Made by a program: the position numbers and the translations under genes. Positions 27,355-36,228 of a stretch of 36,228 nucleotides of DNA are shown piece after piece (the first letter of the stretch is position 1; the number at the start of each line of letters is the position of its first letter). This DNA is from a bacterium (GTDB lineage Bacteria; JALSQH01). Where the stretch lies: assembly GCA_026985515.1 (NCBI GenBank), contig JALSQH010000157.1, positions 1 to 36,228 on the forward strand, in the 5' to 3' direction. Under the pieces are notes generated by a model. It was given only the letters and a program-made list of their open reading frames with translations. It did no database searches and was not told the origin of the DNA.

Positions 27355-28593
27355 CTACCAGATTACTGAAATTGCGAAACGGGCAAAAAGTGAATTTGCC
27401 ACACCGCTCAGAATATAGGTCCCATTAAGAATTGCATTGGTATTCAGTGTAAAATCCAGTTTGATAAAACCAATCTTCCCCCTTATTCCCATTGCAATGG
27501 ATGTGGGTTGTGAGGAGAATATTGAATTTGAATGGGCAGATGTAATCTTGTCATTCTGGTTCAGGCTCTTGCTTCGGGAATATGAATAGAAGATAATTTT
27601 TCTTATTCCACCGAGCAGATACCATGATTTGTAAATATTCATGACTCCGCTTAAAAATGCATCAAGTGTGAAATTGAGGCTCCATCTATCCTCAGGAGTT
27701 ATGGTCGTACTTGAAACATCTCTTACATATAGATGTTGATCTTTTGTAAAACCCTCATATCCAATATCAACTGTTGCACCGCTTCTGATGAGAAGTCCTT
27801 TTACTGGTGATAGAGGGTAGGAAATTCCTCCGGCAATATCAATTTTATTATCAGATTCATCGGAAGAGTTTTCAGTTAATAGATCATAGGTCGCACCTCC
27901 CCAAGTCTTGTTGGCGGTTTCTCTCCCTGAGTACTGGTAATTGATATTTCCATATATTCTGAACTTGTTTATTCTGGTTCTTCCATTAAGACTTAATCCA
28001 AATCCGTTGCTGTTATCAAGGGAAGATGCAATGGTATGGCCTGAATCATCGTTGATGTTGCTGGAAATGTGTTCATATGGGAAACTTATGCCGAGGCTGA
28101 GGTCTACCGGCATGCCCGGATGTAAACTTATTCCTGCAAGTAATCCCACATGACCTGATGAGGAATAATTTTCACTTCCTCCTTTGGTTTTGGGTACATC
28201 AGTTGGAAGTTCCGTGTAATCATTTGAATTCCTGCCAAAAGTTAAAATAAATCCTCCCCTGCCAAGGGATCCCAGATTCATTGAGTAACCAGCGCCAAAA
28301 ACATTGGTACCGTTTGCTATGGAACCAGAATATGGTCTGTTTAATATCAGCGCAGCGTTGCCAGATAGAAGTGGTAGATAAGTGTATCCCCATATATTTG
28401 TGCCAGAGTATTCAAGAACAAATCTTTTTGAAAAAACCGGTATCAACTGGGGAAACATGCTCTGTGCAATGAAATCATCGTTGGTGGCCCATACAGGGAT
28501 ATTCAGTGAATTTAAATAGGTGGTTGTTGCAAAAAGATGACCCGGACCAGCGAGAAAAATAAGAACAACAAGCAGAACCAGGCTTTTCTTCAT
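27355..28593 (-). CDS. Hypothetical outer-membrane beta-barrel protein
   Basis: Signal peptide ending LFA; alternating amphipathic strands; C-terminal FAISVIW beta-signal; AAGGAGG SD. Confidence 0.65.
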   Translation of the reverse strand: MKKSLVLLVVLIFLAGPGHLFATTTYLNSLNIPVWATNDDFIAQSMFPQLIPVFSKRFVLEYSGTNIWGYTYLPLLSGNAALILNRPYSGSIANGTNVFGAGYSMNLGSLGRGGFILTFGRNSNDYTELPTDVPKTKGGSENYSSSGHVGLLAGISLHPGMPVDLSLGISFPYEHISSNINDDSGHTIASSLDNSNGFGLSLNGRTRINKFRIYGNINYQYSGRETANKTWGGATYDLLTENSSDESDNKIDIAGGISYPLSPVKGLLIRSGATVDIGYEGFTKDQHLYVRDVSSTTITPEDRWSLNFTLDAFLSGVMNIYKSWYLLGGIRKIIFYSYSRSKSLNQNDKITSAHSNSIFSSQPTSIAMGIRGKIGFIKLDFTLNTNAILNGTYILSGVANSLFARFAISVIW

Positions 28594-28621
28594 TGGTAAC
28601 CCCTCCTTTTTAATACTTGTG

Positions 28622-28642
28622 ATAATTTTAGCATAAAATTAT
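28622..28642. promoter_or_regulatory. Palindromic operator candidate over an extended -10
   Basis: ATAATTTTA-gca-TAAAATTAT perfect 9-3-9 inverted repeat; minus strand reads TGCTAAAAT within it. Confidence 0.5.
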
Positions 28643-28705
28643 AGAGGAAACGAGGTATATCCCCAATTTATGGAATACCAAATGGCGCCAGGGATTGAGG
28701 GCTAA

Positions 28706-29473
28706 CTATCTCCTTCCCAAAATTTTATCGTATGCTTCCTGTATCTCTTTGAATTTTTCCTCTGCCAGTTTAATAATTTCCTCTGGTAGATCCTTTCCTG
28801 CCAGGGTATCGGGATGATATTTTTTTACTTTTTCAAGATAGCATTTTTTCACTTCTTCCAGTGAAACATTCGTATCCCTGCAGCCAAGCAGGTTGTAATA
28901 CCTGGTGAGATCTTCTATATTGCAGTAGATTTTCTTCAGTTCCTCAAATTCGTTCTGCTTAATACCAAACACATCGGCAACTTTTTTAAGTTGCACCTCT
29001 TCTCCGGGATCAAGTATTCCATCAACAGCTGCCACGTTAAAGAGTAAATTCAACATGCTGTATCTCATCTGAGGATCAAAATCTGTTAACTTTTTAAATT
29101 GATGAGCATATTCTTCTATAGAGTAATTATCATTTTTTGCTGAATTGAAAACATTTTTTGCGTATTCATACAATTCTCCGGTAAGTTCCATATCGTTAAT
29201 CATAAAAGCTTTTACAAAATCTGCTTCTTCTCTTGATACTATCCCATCAGCCTTGGCAATTTTGGCCATCATTGCAATGATTGATGTGATGTAGATGAGC
29301 TGAATATCCTCATCAGATAACTGGTAGTTTTCACTGTTGATATCCCTTTTCCTGTTTTCCTCCTCAACCGCCTCATCAACTATGTGTCCCAGTGCTGCAC
29401 CGATCAGGCCGCCAATGGGTCCTCCAAGTAGCCATCCAAGGCCTGCTCCTCCTAATTTTCCAAACCAGGACAT
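28706..29473 (-). CDS. djlA: Co-chaperone DjlA (TM + TerB-like + J domain)
   Basis: GKLGGAGLGWLLGGPIGGLIGAALGH; AKIAKADG..S..E; KYHPD...AEEKFKEIQEAYDKI. Confidence 0.88.
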   Translation of the reverse strand: MSWFGKLGGAGLGWLLGGPIGGLIGAALGHIVDEAVEEENRKRDINSENYQLSDEDIQLIYITSIIAMMAKIAKADGIVSREEADFVKAFMINDMELTGELYEYAKNVFNSAKNDNYSIEEYAHQFKKLTDFDPQMRYSMLNLLFNVAAVDGILDPGEEVQLKKVADVFGIKQNEFEELKKIYCNIEDLTRYYNLLGCRDTNVSLEEVKKCYLEKVKKYHPDTLAGKDLPEEIIKLAEEKFKEIQEAYDKILGRR

Positions 29474-29517
29474 GGTTACACCTCCGGATCGTTTATTTCT
29501 TTTTTATATCAACCTTC

Positions 29518-29829
29518 TTAAATAGTCAAGCTCCCTGTTTTTCTCAAATCCAGTTTTGTCTTTTTCTTTATTACTTCCAAGGGCCTGGAAGTTGCGTAGC
29601 AGGTAATCAATTCCCCAGATGGTGACTGAACAATAAGCCATTTTGAAGCTTTTCTTGCAAATTCGCTTTTCCTCAAAGCGGGTGGTAACTTTTTTAGTTC
29701 AATAAATATGAAAATTGCCCCTGCCCGTTCCACCTCAATTCCATACTTCAGAATAAAAGAAAGCATTTGTTTTCTCAGTCCCCTCTGTTTCCTTCTCTTT
29801 TCAAAATGTTCTGTTGATCTGTACCACAA
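29518..29829 (-). CDS. DUF4258-like small basic protein (putative RNase/toxin fold)
   Basis: TEHFEKRRKQRGL....ILKYG and ELITCY motifs; AAGGAGGAG SD; TTG start. Confidence 0.65.
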   Translation of the reverse strand: MWYRSTEHFEKRRKQRGLRKQMLSFILKYGIEVERAGAIFIFIELKKLPPALRKSEFARKASKWLIVQSPSGELITCYATSRPLEVIKKKTKLDLRKTGSLTI

Positions 29830-29861
29830 TTTTCTCCTCCTTTTATGTTCAGTTTATAAAC

Positions 29862-29876
29862 GCAAGGTTCCTGCCA
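29862..29876 (-). promoter_or_regulatory. Sigma54 (-24/-12) promoter candidate
   Basis: TGGCAGGAACCTTGC versus consensus TGGCACG-N4-TTGC; exact GG-N10-GC spacing. Confidence 0.7.
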
Positions 29877-29893
29877 GATCTGACAGTAGAAAT

Positions 29894-29928
29894 TAATCTT
29901 TTGATTTCAATATGTTATCAAAAACTTA
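29894..29928. promoter_or_regulatory. Two IHF-site consensus matches
   Basis: WATCAA-N4-TTR: AATCAAAAGATTA (minus, 29894-29906) and TATCAAAAACTTA (plus, 29916-29928). Confidence 0.55.
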
Positions 29929-30003
29929 TCTCTCGAAAGAAAAATTTTTTAAAAAATATCTGAATGGTGAAAAATTTGTTTCTTTTTGGATTTTCCAGTG
30001 GAG

Positions 30004-30012
30004 TGATATAAT
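30004..30012 (+). promoter_or_regulatory. Extended -10 promoter of polA
   Basis: TGATATAAT, 9 nt before ATG 30022. Confidence 0.55.
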
Positions 30013-30021
30013 AAAACCGAT

Positions 30022-32733
30022 ATGGCTGGGAAGAGATCTTATCGTGGTGGTCTTGCCATTATTGATGGAAGTTCCTACATTTTCAGGGCTTACTATGCAA
30101 TTAGAGGACTGAGTAACAGCAAGGGACTTCCCACCAATGCTATTTTTGGTTTTACAAATATGCTCATAAAAACCATTAAGGACCTTTCTCCTGAATATCT
30201 TGTTGTTACCTTTGATTCAAAAGTCCCAACCTTCAGGGCAGACATATATAAAGAGTACAAGGCAAATCGCCCGCCTCCTCCACCAGATCTGGAAGAACAG
30301 ATCAAATGGATAAAAAAGATACTTGAAGCATTCAGAATTAAAGTCATTGAGATGCCAGGCTATGAAGCTGATGATATCATTGCAACTCTTATCAAGAAGT
30401 TCAAGTCTAAAGTTTCTCCCATTGTCATTGTTGCTGGTGATAAGGATTTGATGCAGCTTGTTGATGAGAATGTGGTAATGTATGATTCAATGAAGGATAA
30501 GATTTATGACAGGGAGGGTGTTAAAGAGAAACTGGGAGTTTTTCCTGAGCAGGTTCACGATTTTCTTGCCCTGTCGGGAGATAACATCGACAATATTCCC
30601 GGCATTCCGGGAGTTGGACAAAAAACGGCGAAGGATCTCCTTAACAGGTATGGTTCCATTGAAGGGATATATCAGCACCTTGATGAACTTAAGCCAAAAC
30701 AGAGAGAAAAATTTCAGCAGTACAGGGATCTTCTGGAAGTCAGTAAAAGACTTGTGAAACTGAAGGATGATCTTGAAATTGAAGATGATCTTTCACAGTT
30801 CAAGATACCTGAACCTGACAGGAGGAAATTGAGAGAAATCTTTATGGAGCTGGAGTTCAACAAACTTCTGGAAGAACTTCAGCTTGCATCTGACACTGAG
30901 AAGGAATCTGCAAATATTGAATACAGAACCCTTTTTGATATTGAAGAGATAAAAAGGGAGTTTCTCAAAGCAAAAGAGAAGGGTGAATTATCATTTGATC
31001 TTGAAACAACTTCTCTTGATCCGGTAACAGCTGAGATAGTTGGGATTTCCTTTGCATATGAGGAGGGTAAGGCCTTTTACATTCCGGTTGGTCATCACTA
31101 TATCGGGGTGGAAAAACAGCCCTCTGTAAAGGATGTTCTGGAGGTGATAAAGCCTTTTCTTGAAGATCCTGAAGTTGGTAAAATTGGTCACAACATCAAG
31201 TATGATTACTCTGTGATAAAGAAGTATGGAATAGAAATTGACCCCATCAAACATGATACCATGATTGCTTCTTACCTTCTCAATCCGGAGAAGTTTTCCC
31301 ACAAACTTGATAATCTTTCACTGGAATACCTGGGATACAGAATGATTAAGTATGGTGAGGTGGCAGGAAAGGGAAAAAATGAGAAAAATTTTTCACAGGT
31401 TGACATTGAAACTGCCACGAAATATTCAGCGGAGGATTCTGACATCGCTTTGAAACTTGCCCATATTTTAGAGGAGAAGTTGAAGGAGAACAATCTCTGG
31501 GAACTCTACAGAAAAATTGAGTTACCTCTTATTAAAGTTCTTGCAGATATGGAGTTGAGAGGGGTGCTCATAGATGTGGAACATCTCAAAAATCTTTCCA
31601 GGATGTTTGAGAGGGAACTGGCTTCTCTGGAGGAGAAAATATACGCCTTTGCCGGTGAGAAATTCAATATAAATTCTCCCAGACAGCTTGGCTACATTCT
31701 TTTTGAAAAATTGAAAATGAAAATGCCCGGAAACAAGAAGATAAAGAAAACGAAGACTGGACAGTATTCCACCGGTGAAGAAATTCTTTCTGAACTTGCC
31801 ACAAAGTATGAGCTACCCAAGCTGATTCTTCGCTACAGAACCCTCAGCAAGCTCAAGTCCACCTATGTTGATGCACTTCCACAGATGATAAATCCCGCCA
31901 CCGGGAGAATTCATACGAGTTTCAATCAGACAGTGACAGCGACGGGAAGGCTTTCAAGCAGTGAACCCAATCTCCAGAATATACCTGCCAGGGATTTTGA
32001 AGGAAGAGAAATAAGAAAGGCCTTTATAGCTCCTGAGGGATGGAAGTTGCTGTCTTCCGATTATTCCCAGATTGAGTTGAGAATCATGGCTCATCTCTCA
32101 GGTGATGAGGAATTAAAGAAGGCTTTTTTAGAGGGTAAGGATATTCATACTGAGACTGCCTCAAGAGTCTTTGGGGTGAGTCCTGAGGAAGTTACTCCGG
32201 ACCTGAGAAGAAGAGCAAAAGTGATAAATTTTGGAGTGATTTATGGTATGACACCCCATGGTCTTTCCAAGGAGCTTGGTATTTCCCACTCAGAGGCAAA
32301 GGAGTATATTGATAACTATTTCAGAAAGTTCAGAGGAGTCAGGGAATTTATTGAGAAAACTGTAAGGGAAGCAGAAGAGAGAGGATATGTCACAACGATT
32401 ATGGGAAGACGAAGGTATATACCAGACATAAGAAGTAAAAATCCTGTTCAGAGACAGCTTGCAGTGAGAACTGCCATCAACACCCCCGTTCAGGGATCTG
32501 CGGCGGATATCATCAAACTTGCCATGATTAACATTTATAACAGGTTGAAGGAAACCGGTCTCAGAGCTCATATGCTGATTCAGATACATGATGAGCTTCT
32601 TTTTGAGATTGAGGAGAGTGATGTGGAGAAGGCTGCCAGGATGATCAGAGAGGAGATGGAGAATGTGATAGAACTTTCTGTGCCTCTCAAAGTTGACATT
32701 GGCATAGGAAAGAACTGGGCTGAAGCCCATTAA
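30022..32733 (+). CDS. polA: DNA polymerase I
   Basis: 5'-exo IDGSSYIFRAYY and EADD; 3'-exo DLETT and HNIKYD; polymerase TGRLSSSEPNLQNIP, DYSQIELR, QIHDEL. Confidence 0.98.
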   Translation: MAGKRSYRGGLAIIDGSSYIFRAYYAIRGLSNSKGLPTNAIFGFTNMLIKTIKDLSPEYLVVTFDSKVPTFRADIYKEYKANRPPPPPDLEEQIKWIKKILEAFRIKVIEMPGYEADDIIATLIKKFKSKVSPIVIVAGDKDLMQLVDENVVMYDSMKDKIYDREGVKEKLGVFPEQVHDFLALSGDNIDNIPGIPGVGQKTAKDLLNRYGSIEGIYQHLDELKPKQREKFQQYRDLLEVSKRLVKLKDDLEIEDDLSQFKIPEPDRRKLREIFMELEFNKLLEELQLASDTEKESANIEYRTLFDIEEIKREFLKAKEKGELSFDLETTSLDPVTAEIVGISFAYEEGKAFYIPVGHHYIGVEKQPSVKDVLEVIKPFLEDPEVGKIGHNIKYDYSVIKKYGIEIDPIKHDTMIASYLLNPEKFSHKLDNLSLEYLGYRMIKYGEVAGKGKNEKNFSQVDIETATKYSAEDSDIALKLAHILEEKLKENNLWELYRKIELPLIKVLADMELRGVLIDVEHLKNLSRMFERELASLEEKIYAFAGEKFNINSPRQLGYILFEKLKMKMPGNKKIKKTKTGQYSTGEEILSELATKYELPKLILRYRTLSKLKSTYVDALPQMINPATGRIHTSFNQTVTATGRLSSSEPNLQNIPARDFEGREIRKAFIAPEGWKLLSSDYSQIELRIMAHLSGDEELKKAFLEGKDIHTETASRVFGVSPEEVTPDLRRRAKVINFGVIYGMTPHGLSKELGISHSEAKEYIDNYFRKFRGVREFIEKTVREAEERGYVTTIMGRRRYIPDIRSKNPVQRQLAVRTAINTPVQGSAADIIKLAMINIYNRLKETGLRAHMLIQIHDELLFEIEESDVEKAARMIREEMENVIELSVPLKVDIGIGKNWAEAH

Positions 32734-32752
32734 CTTCTACTGGAGGCTCCAG

Positions 32753-34336
32753 ATGTTTCATGAAACAGATGTACTGGTTATTGGTGGTGGGGTTGGAGGT
32801 CTGAGTTTTGCCATTAAAGCATCTGAATTTGCCAGAGTTACTGTATTGATGAAAAAGGGCAAATTTGATTCAAATACCGCCCATGCGCAGGGTGGTATTG
32901 CGGCCGTTCTTTCTCCAGAGGATAGTTACGAATCCCATATTCAGGACACACTCAAAGCGGGAGATGGTTTGTGTAAGAGAAAGACTGTGGAACTTGTTGT
33001 GAAGAATGGTCCGGAGAGAGTGAAGGAATTGATGGAGTGGGGGGTGCCATTTGACAGGCATAATGGTGAGCTTGAACTGGGAAGAGAGGGGGGACACTCT
33101 ACCAGAAGAGTTGCACATGCAACAGACTTCACCGGGAGAGAGGTTCAGAAAGTCCTGGTTGAGAGGGCTGAATCACGGGAAAATGTCACTCTTCTTGAAA
33201 ACAGAATGGCAATTGATCTCATAACCACAAAGAAGATGAAATTGAAGGGGAAAAACACTGTTCTTGGTGCCTATGTACTGAATAAAGAAACTGGAGATGT
33301 GGAAGTCTTTTCAGCAAAGGTGGTAGTTCTTGCCACAGGTGGGTCAGGGAAGGTTTACCTCTACACCAGCAATCCCGATGTTGCCACCGGCGACGGTGTT
33401 GCCATGGCTTACAGAGCAGGAGCTGATATTTGTAATATGGAATTTACCCAGTTTCATCCCACCTGTCTCTATCACCCTGAGGCAAAGAACTTTCTCATTT
33501 CAGAGGCGGTGCGGGGAGAAGGAGCTATTCTGCTCAATAAAAGGGGTGAAAGATTTATGGAGAAGGTGCATCCCCTGAAGGAACTTGCACCGAGAGATAT
33601 TGTTGCAAGGGCCATTGATCACGAAATGAAGAAGTGGGGGGACGATTTTGTTTATCTTGATATCAGTTTCAAAGACAGAGATTTCATAATCAACAGATTC
33701 CCGAATATTTACAGAACCCTTCTTCAGTATGGAATTGACATGACCAGGGAACCAATTCCTGTGGTTCCCGCAGCTCATTATCAGTGTGGTGGTGTTAAAG
33801 TAAATTTGAAGGGCGAGACAACTATACGCAATCTGTTTGCTGTGGGTGAGGTTTCCTGTACCGGTTTGCATGGTGCCAATCGACTTGCCAGCAATTCTCT
33901 CCTTGAAGCCCTTGTTTTTGCGGATATCATTGCCAGGGAGGTTTATGGAAGGATTGATAAGATTAAACTGAGAACATCTTCCATACTTCCATGGGAAACA
34001 GGCTTTGCTGTAGATAGTGACGAGATGGTGGTTGTAAGCCATAACTGGGATGAGATAAGGAGGCTGATGTGGAACTATGTTGGGATTGTGAGGACCACAA
34101 AGAGACTTGAGAGGGCAAGGAGGAGAATAGATCTTCTTCAGGAAGAGATAAGGGAGTACTACTGGAATTTTCTACCAACAGGGGATCTTCTTGAATTGCG
34201 AAACATTGCCACCGTTGCGGAATTGATCATAAAAAGTGCTCTGATGAGGCAGGAGAGCAGAGGAACCCACTACACGGTCGATTATCCCTACAAGGACAAT
34301 GTGAACTGGAAACATGATACAATTCTGAGAAAATAA
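32753..34336 (+). CDS. nadB: L-aspartate oxidase
   Basis: GGGVGG, AQGGIAAV, REGGHS, QFHPT, LAPRDIVARAI, GLHGANRLASNSLLE. Confidence 0.96.
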   Translation: MFHETDVLVIGGGVGGLSFAIKASEFARVTVLMKKGKFDSNTAHAQGGIAAVLSPEDSYESHIQDTLKAGDGLCKRKTVELVVKNGPERVKELMEWGVPFDRHNGELELGREGGHSTRRVAHATDFTGREVQKVLVERAESRENVTLLENRMAIDLITTKKMKLKGKNTVLGAYVLNKETGDVEVFSAKVVVLATGGSGKVYLYTSNPDVATGDGVAMAYRAGADICNMEFTQFHPTCLYHPEAKNFLISEAVRGEGAILLNKRGERFMEKVHPLKELAPRDIVARAIDHEMKKWGDDFVYLDISFKDRDFIINRFPNIYRTLLQYGIDMTREPIPVVPAAHYQCGGVKVNLKGETTIRNLFAVGEVSCTGLHGANRLASNSLLEALVFADIIAREVYGRIDKIKLRTSSILPWETGFAVDSDEMVVVSHNWDEIRRLMWNYVGIVRTTKRLERARRRIDLLQEEIREYYWNFLPTGDLLELRNIATVAELIIKSALMRQESRGTHYTVDYPYKDNVNWKHDTILRK

Positions 34337-35671
34337 TCAGTAGGGAGCACGGTAGTACCTGAAAATCCTCTCTCCTGGGGAGAGAGCTACCTTACCAAGA
34401 TCAACAACTTCGATAATTCTTTTGTGCTTGCCCAGCAGTTTCAATTTAAGATCATATTCCCCCGGGTCAAGAAGAAGTCTTATTAGATGAATATCGTGTG
34501 GTAGCGTGTACCACCCTCTTATATCAGCCTTTTCTGAGGCTGAAGCGGCAATGTGCCCTGCAATACTGAGTAAGCCCGCAGCAAGTCTTACTGTTTGGTT
34601 TTTACTTTTTTCAGCAATGGCTCCGAGACCCTCTGCGATCCCGTGCTTTATGGCAATTCTTGCTGCTGCTCTTGCCATAATTCGCGCACCTCTGTCCAGC
34701 AGGTCCTGTTTTGCTATTTCAGCAAGGGGTTCCATCAGAATACTTCTGGCTGTGAATTTTCCGGCGATTAGAATACCTCTCTTAACCTTTGAGGGTCTGT
34801 CATGTTTGTAAACCGGGAAAGCTATTCTCACCCACCTTCCCCCCACCACCACATCAAGTTTTCCCTCTTCCTTCCTGGGGATGAAGCCAGTTTCGAGAAT
34901 GAGGATAACTTCACTTTTATTATTGATAAACTCATTTTCAGGGATGATTCTGCAGCCACATTTCCTATCCCATTTTCTAAGGTCATCATTCATTCCGAGG
35001 AATGTTGCAAGTCTTTTAAGATCACGGTATATTCGGCGTGGAAAGTGGATATGGTAAAACTTCGTATAGATTTTTTTGAATGCGAGGTATGAATGATAGT
35101 AATCCACATATGAATCGTTGAATTCATGATCTGTCTCAAAGAGAATTCCGTTAAGATATCTCACAAATGCGTCGTCGTGATATACATTTTTTTTCTTATA
35201 CCTGTCATTGATCTCATTAAGGTAGAGGATTACCTGCCTGGATTCTACAAGAGCGTCTTCAAGATTTCCTTTCATGAGATAATTCAGGGCAAGATAGTAA
35301 TGGATCAGGACTCTTTCAAAATCTTCTCCTTTATAGGGCAAAGAGATGTCATTGCTGAGAAAGCTCTCTGCCTGTTTATGAACACTGGTGGCGAACAGCT
35401 GATCCACTCTCTCCTTGGCCTTCTGAAAGTATTCAATGCTCTGATCATATTTTTTCAGAAGGAACAGAAGGGTACCTTTGTCAAGGTAGTAGATTAAACT
35501 GTCCTTCTCACTTTTGGCAAGGCTGGAATTGTCAAGAGCTTTGAGTGCGGATTCATACCTCTTTCTATGAATATCCTTCCTGATCTTCTTTACAAGGCCT
35601 GTATAAGTGGCACAGCCTGTCTCTCCAAAGAGAAGCAGAGCAAAAATAAAAAGAAGCTTCCCCCTCCTCAT
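34337..35671 (-). CDS. COG3014 family TPR-like lipoprotein
   Basis: Lipobox-like ETGC; PYKGEDFERVLIHYY; ALVESRQ; EKADIRGWYTLP; downstream of lpoB. Confidence 0.78.
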   Translation of the reverse strand: MRRGKLLFIFALLLFGETGCATYTGLVKKIRKDIHRKRYESALKALDNSSLAKSEKDSLIYYLDKGTLLFLLKKYDQSIEYFQKAKERVDQLFATSVHKQAESFLSNDISLPYKGEDFERVLIHYYLALNYLMKGNLEDALVESRQVILYLNEINDRYKKKNVYHDDAFVRYLNGILFETDHEFNDSYVDYYHSYLAFKKIYTKFYHIHFPRRIYRDLKRLATFLGMNDDLRKWDRKCGCRIIPENEFINNKSEVILILETGFIPRKEEGKLDVVVGGRWVRIAFPVYKHDRPSKVKRGILIAGKFTARSILMEPLAEIAKQDLLDRGARIMARAAARIAIKHGIAEGLGAIAEKSKNQTVRLAAGLLSIAGHIAASASEKADIRGWYTLPHDIHLIRLLLDPGEYDLKLKLLGKHKRIIEVVDLGKVALSPGERIFRYYRAPY

Positions 35672-35673
35672 CG

Positions 35674-36228
35674 TTACCAGGTAATGGTGCTTCTCTTAAT
35701 GTATTTTTTGATTTTTTTCTGTCCTATCCATACAATTTCAGAGGTTTCAAGATTGATCAGTTTCAGGTCCACCTGGTAGTACTTAACCTCTCTCCCACCT
35801 TCTTTATCTATGATTGAGTTGATGCTTCCAACAAGCATAAAATCTGCACCGAGTTCGTTCCTCAATCTTTTTATTGTGGCTGGATTGGACCAGTCTCTCA
35901 TGGCTTTTCTTTCTGCACGAAGCTGGGCACGAACTGCGTCACTTGCGACAAATCTGACCTGCCCGGAATTTATCAATGCTCTTTCCAGCTCATTTACTAT
36001 CGTTTCCGTGTTAATGTGTTCGTGACTCTTGTTAACTATTCTCCCCACAATAACAACCGGTTTTTTCCCTGTCTTACTTCTCCATTCAGCATACCAGGGT
36101 GAATTTAGGCAATCTGCTATCATGGCTTTGGCAGTTAACTGAGCATCCACATCATTCCACCTTCCACTGATGTCAATCACTTCACTGGCTGACACTCTTT
36201 TGATTTCCTTGTGAGCGCAGGAGGATAA
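35674..36228 (-). CDS. lpoB: Penicillin-binding protein activator LpoB family lipoprotein (5'-partial)
   Basis: Frame is open to the window edge with lipobox LSSC; DISGRWNDVD, NKSHEHI, GADFMLVG, YYQVDLKL, WIGQKKIKK. Confidence 0.85.
   Translation of the reverse strand, partial: LSSCAHKEIKRVSASEVIDISGRWNDVDAQLTAKAMIADCLNSPWYAEWRSKTGKKPVVIVGRIVNKSHEHINTETIVNELERALINSGQVRFVASDAVRAQLRAERKAMRDWSNPATIKRLRNELGADFMLVGSINSIIDKEGGREVKYYQVDLKLINLETSEIVWIGQKKIKKYIKRSTITW

Noticed and set aside
29912-30112. 66-aa plus-strand ORF upstream of polA
   Set aside because: It spans an AT-rich regulatory region, overlaps polA out of frame and has no SD.

Overview
A very gene-dense chromosomal segment from a Gram-negative bacterium, roughly 40% GC by eye with AGA/AGG-rich codons. 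Gene content suggests a deltaproteobacterial (Desulfobacterota/Myxococcota-like), possibly thermophilic lineage; this is inference. In order: end of a BatA/DUF4159/vWA-GATase operon fused to two cation:proton antiporters; yajC-secD-secF-recJ (minus); a MenA-like prenyltransferase; RNase P RNA (minus); mlaEFD-DUF1858-recG; a natural-transformation cluster (radC <- -> comM + 62-aa microprotein, an inverted SRPBCC + beta-barrel/PEGA pair, dprA-topA); an outer-membrane barrel + YtnP-like metallo-hydrolase + acyl-CoA dehydrogenase operon; djlA and a DUF4258-like gene behind a sigma54/IHF-type promoter; polA-nadB; a COG3014 lipoprotein and partial lpoB. I saw no mobile elements, tRNAs or CRISPR arrays. 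Best leads: (1) near-identical promoters with a TTGA-N7-TCAA palindrome before comM and dprA, plus a candidate ssDNA-binding microprotein; (2) six genes that look leaderless or nearly so; (3) a sigma54+IHF promoter driving an orphan toxin-like gene; (4) a hidden N-terminal extension of recG that needs an ATA start or a frameshift; (5) no room for a terminator at any convergent junction. All family calls come from motif recognition by eye; no searches were run.
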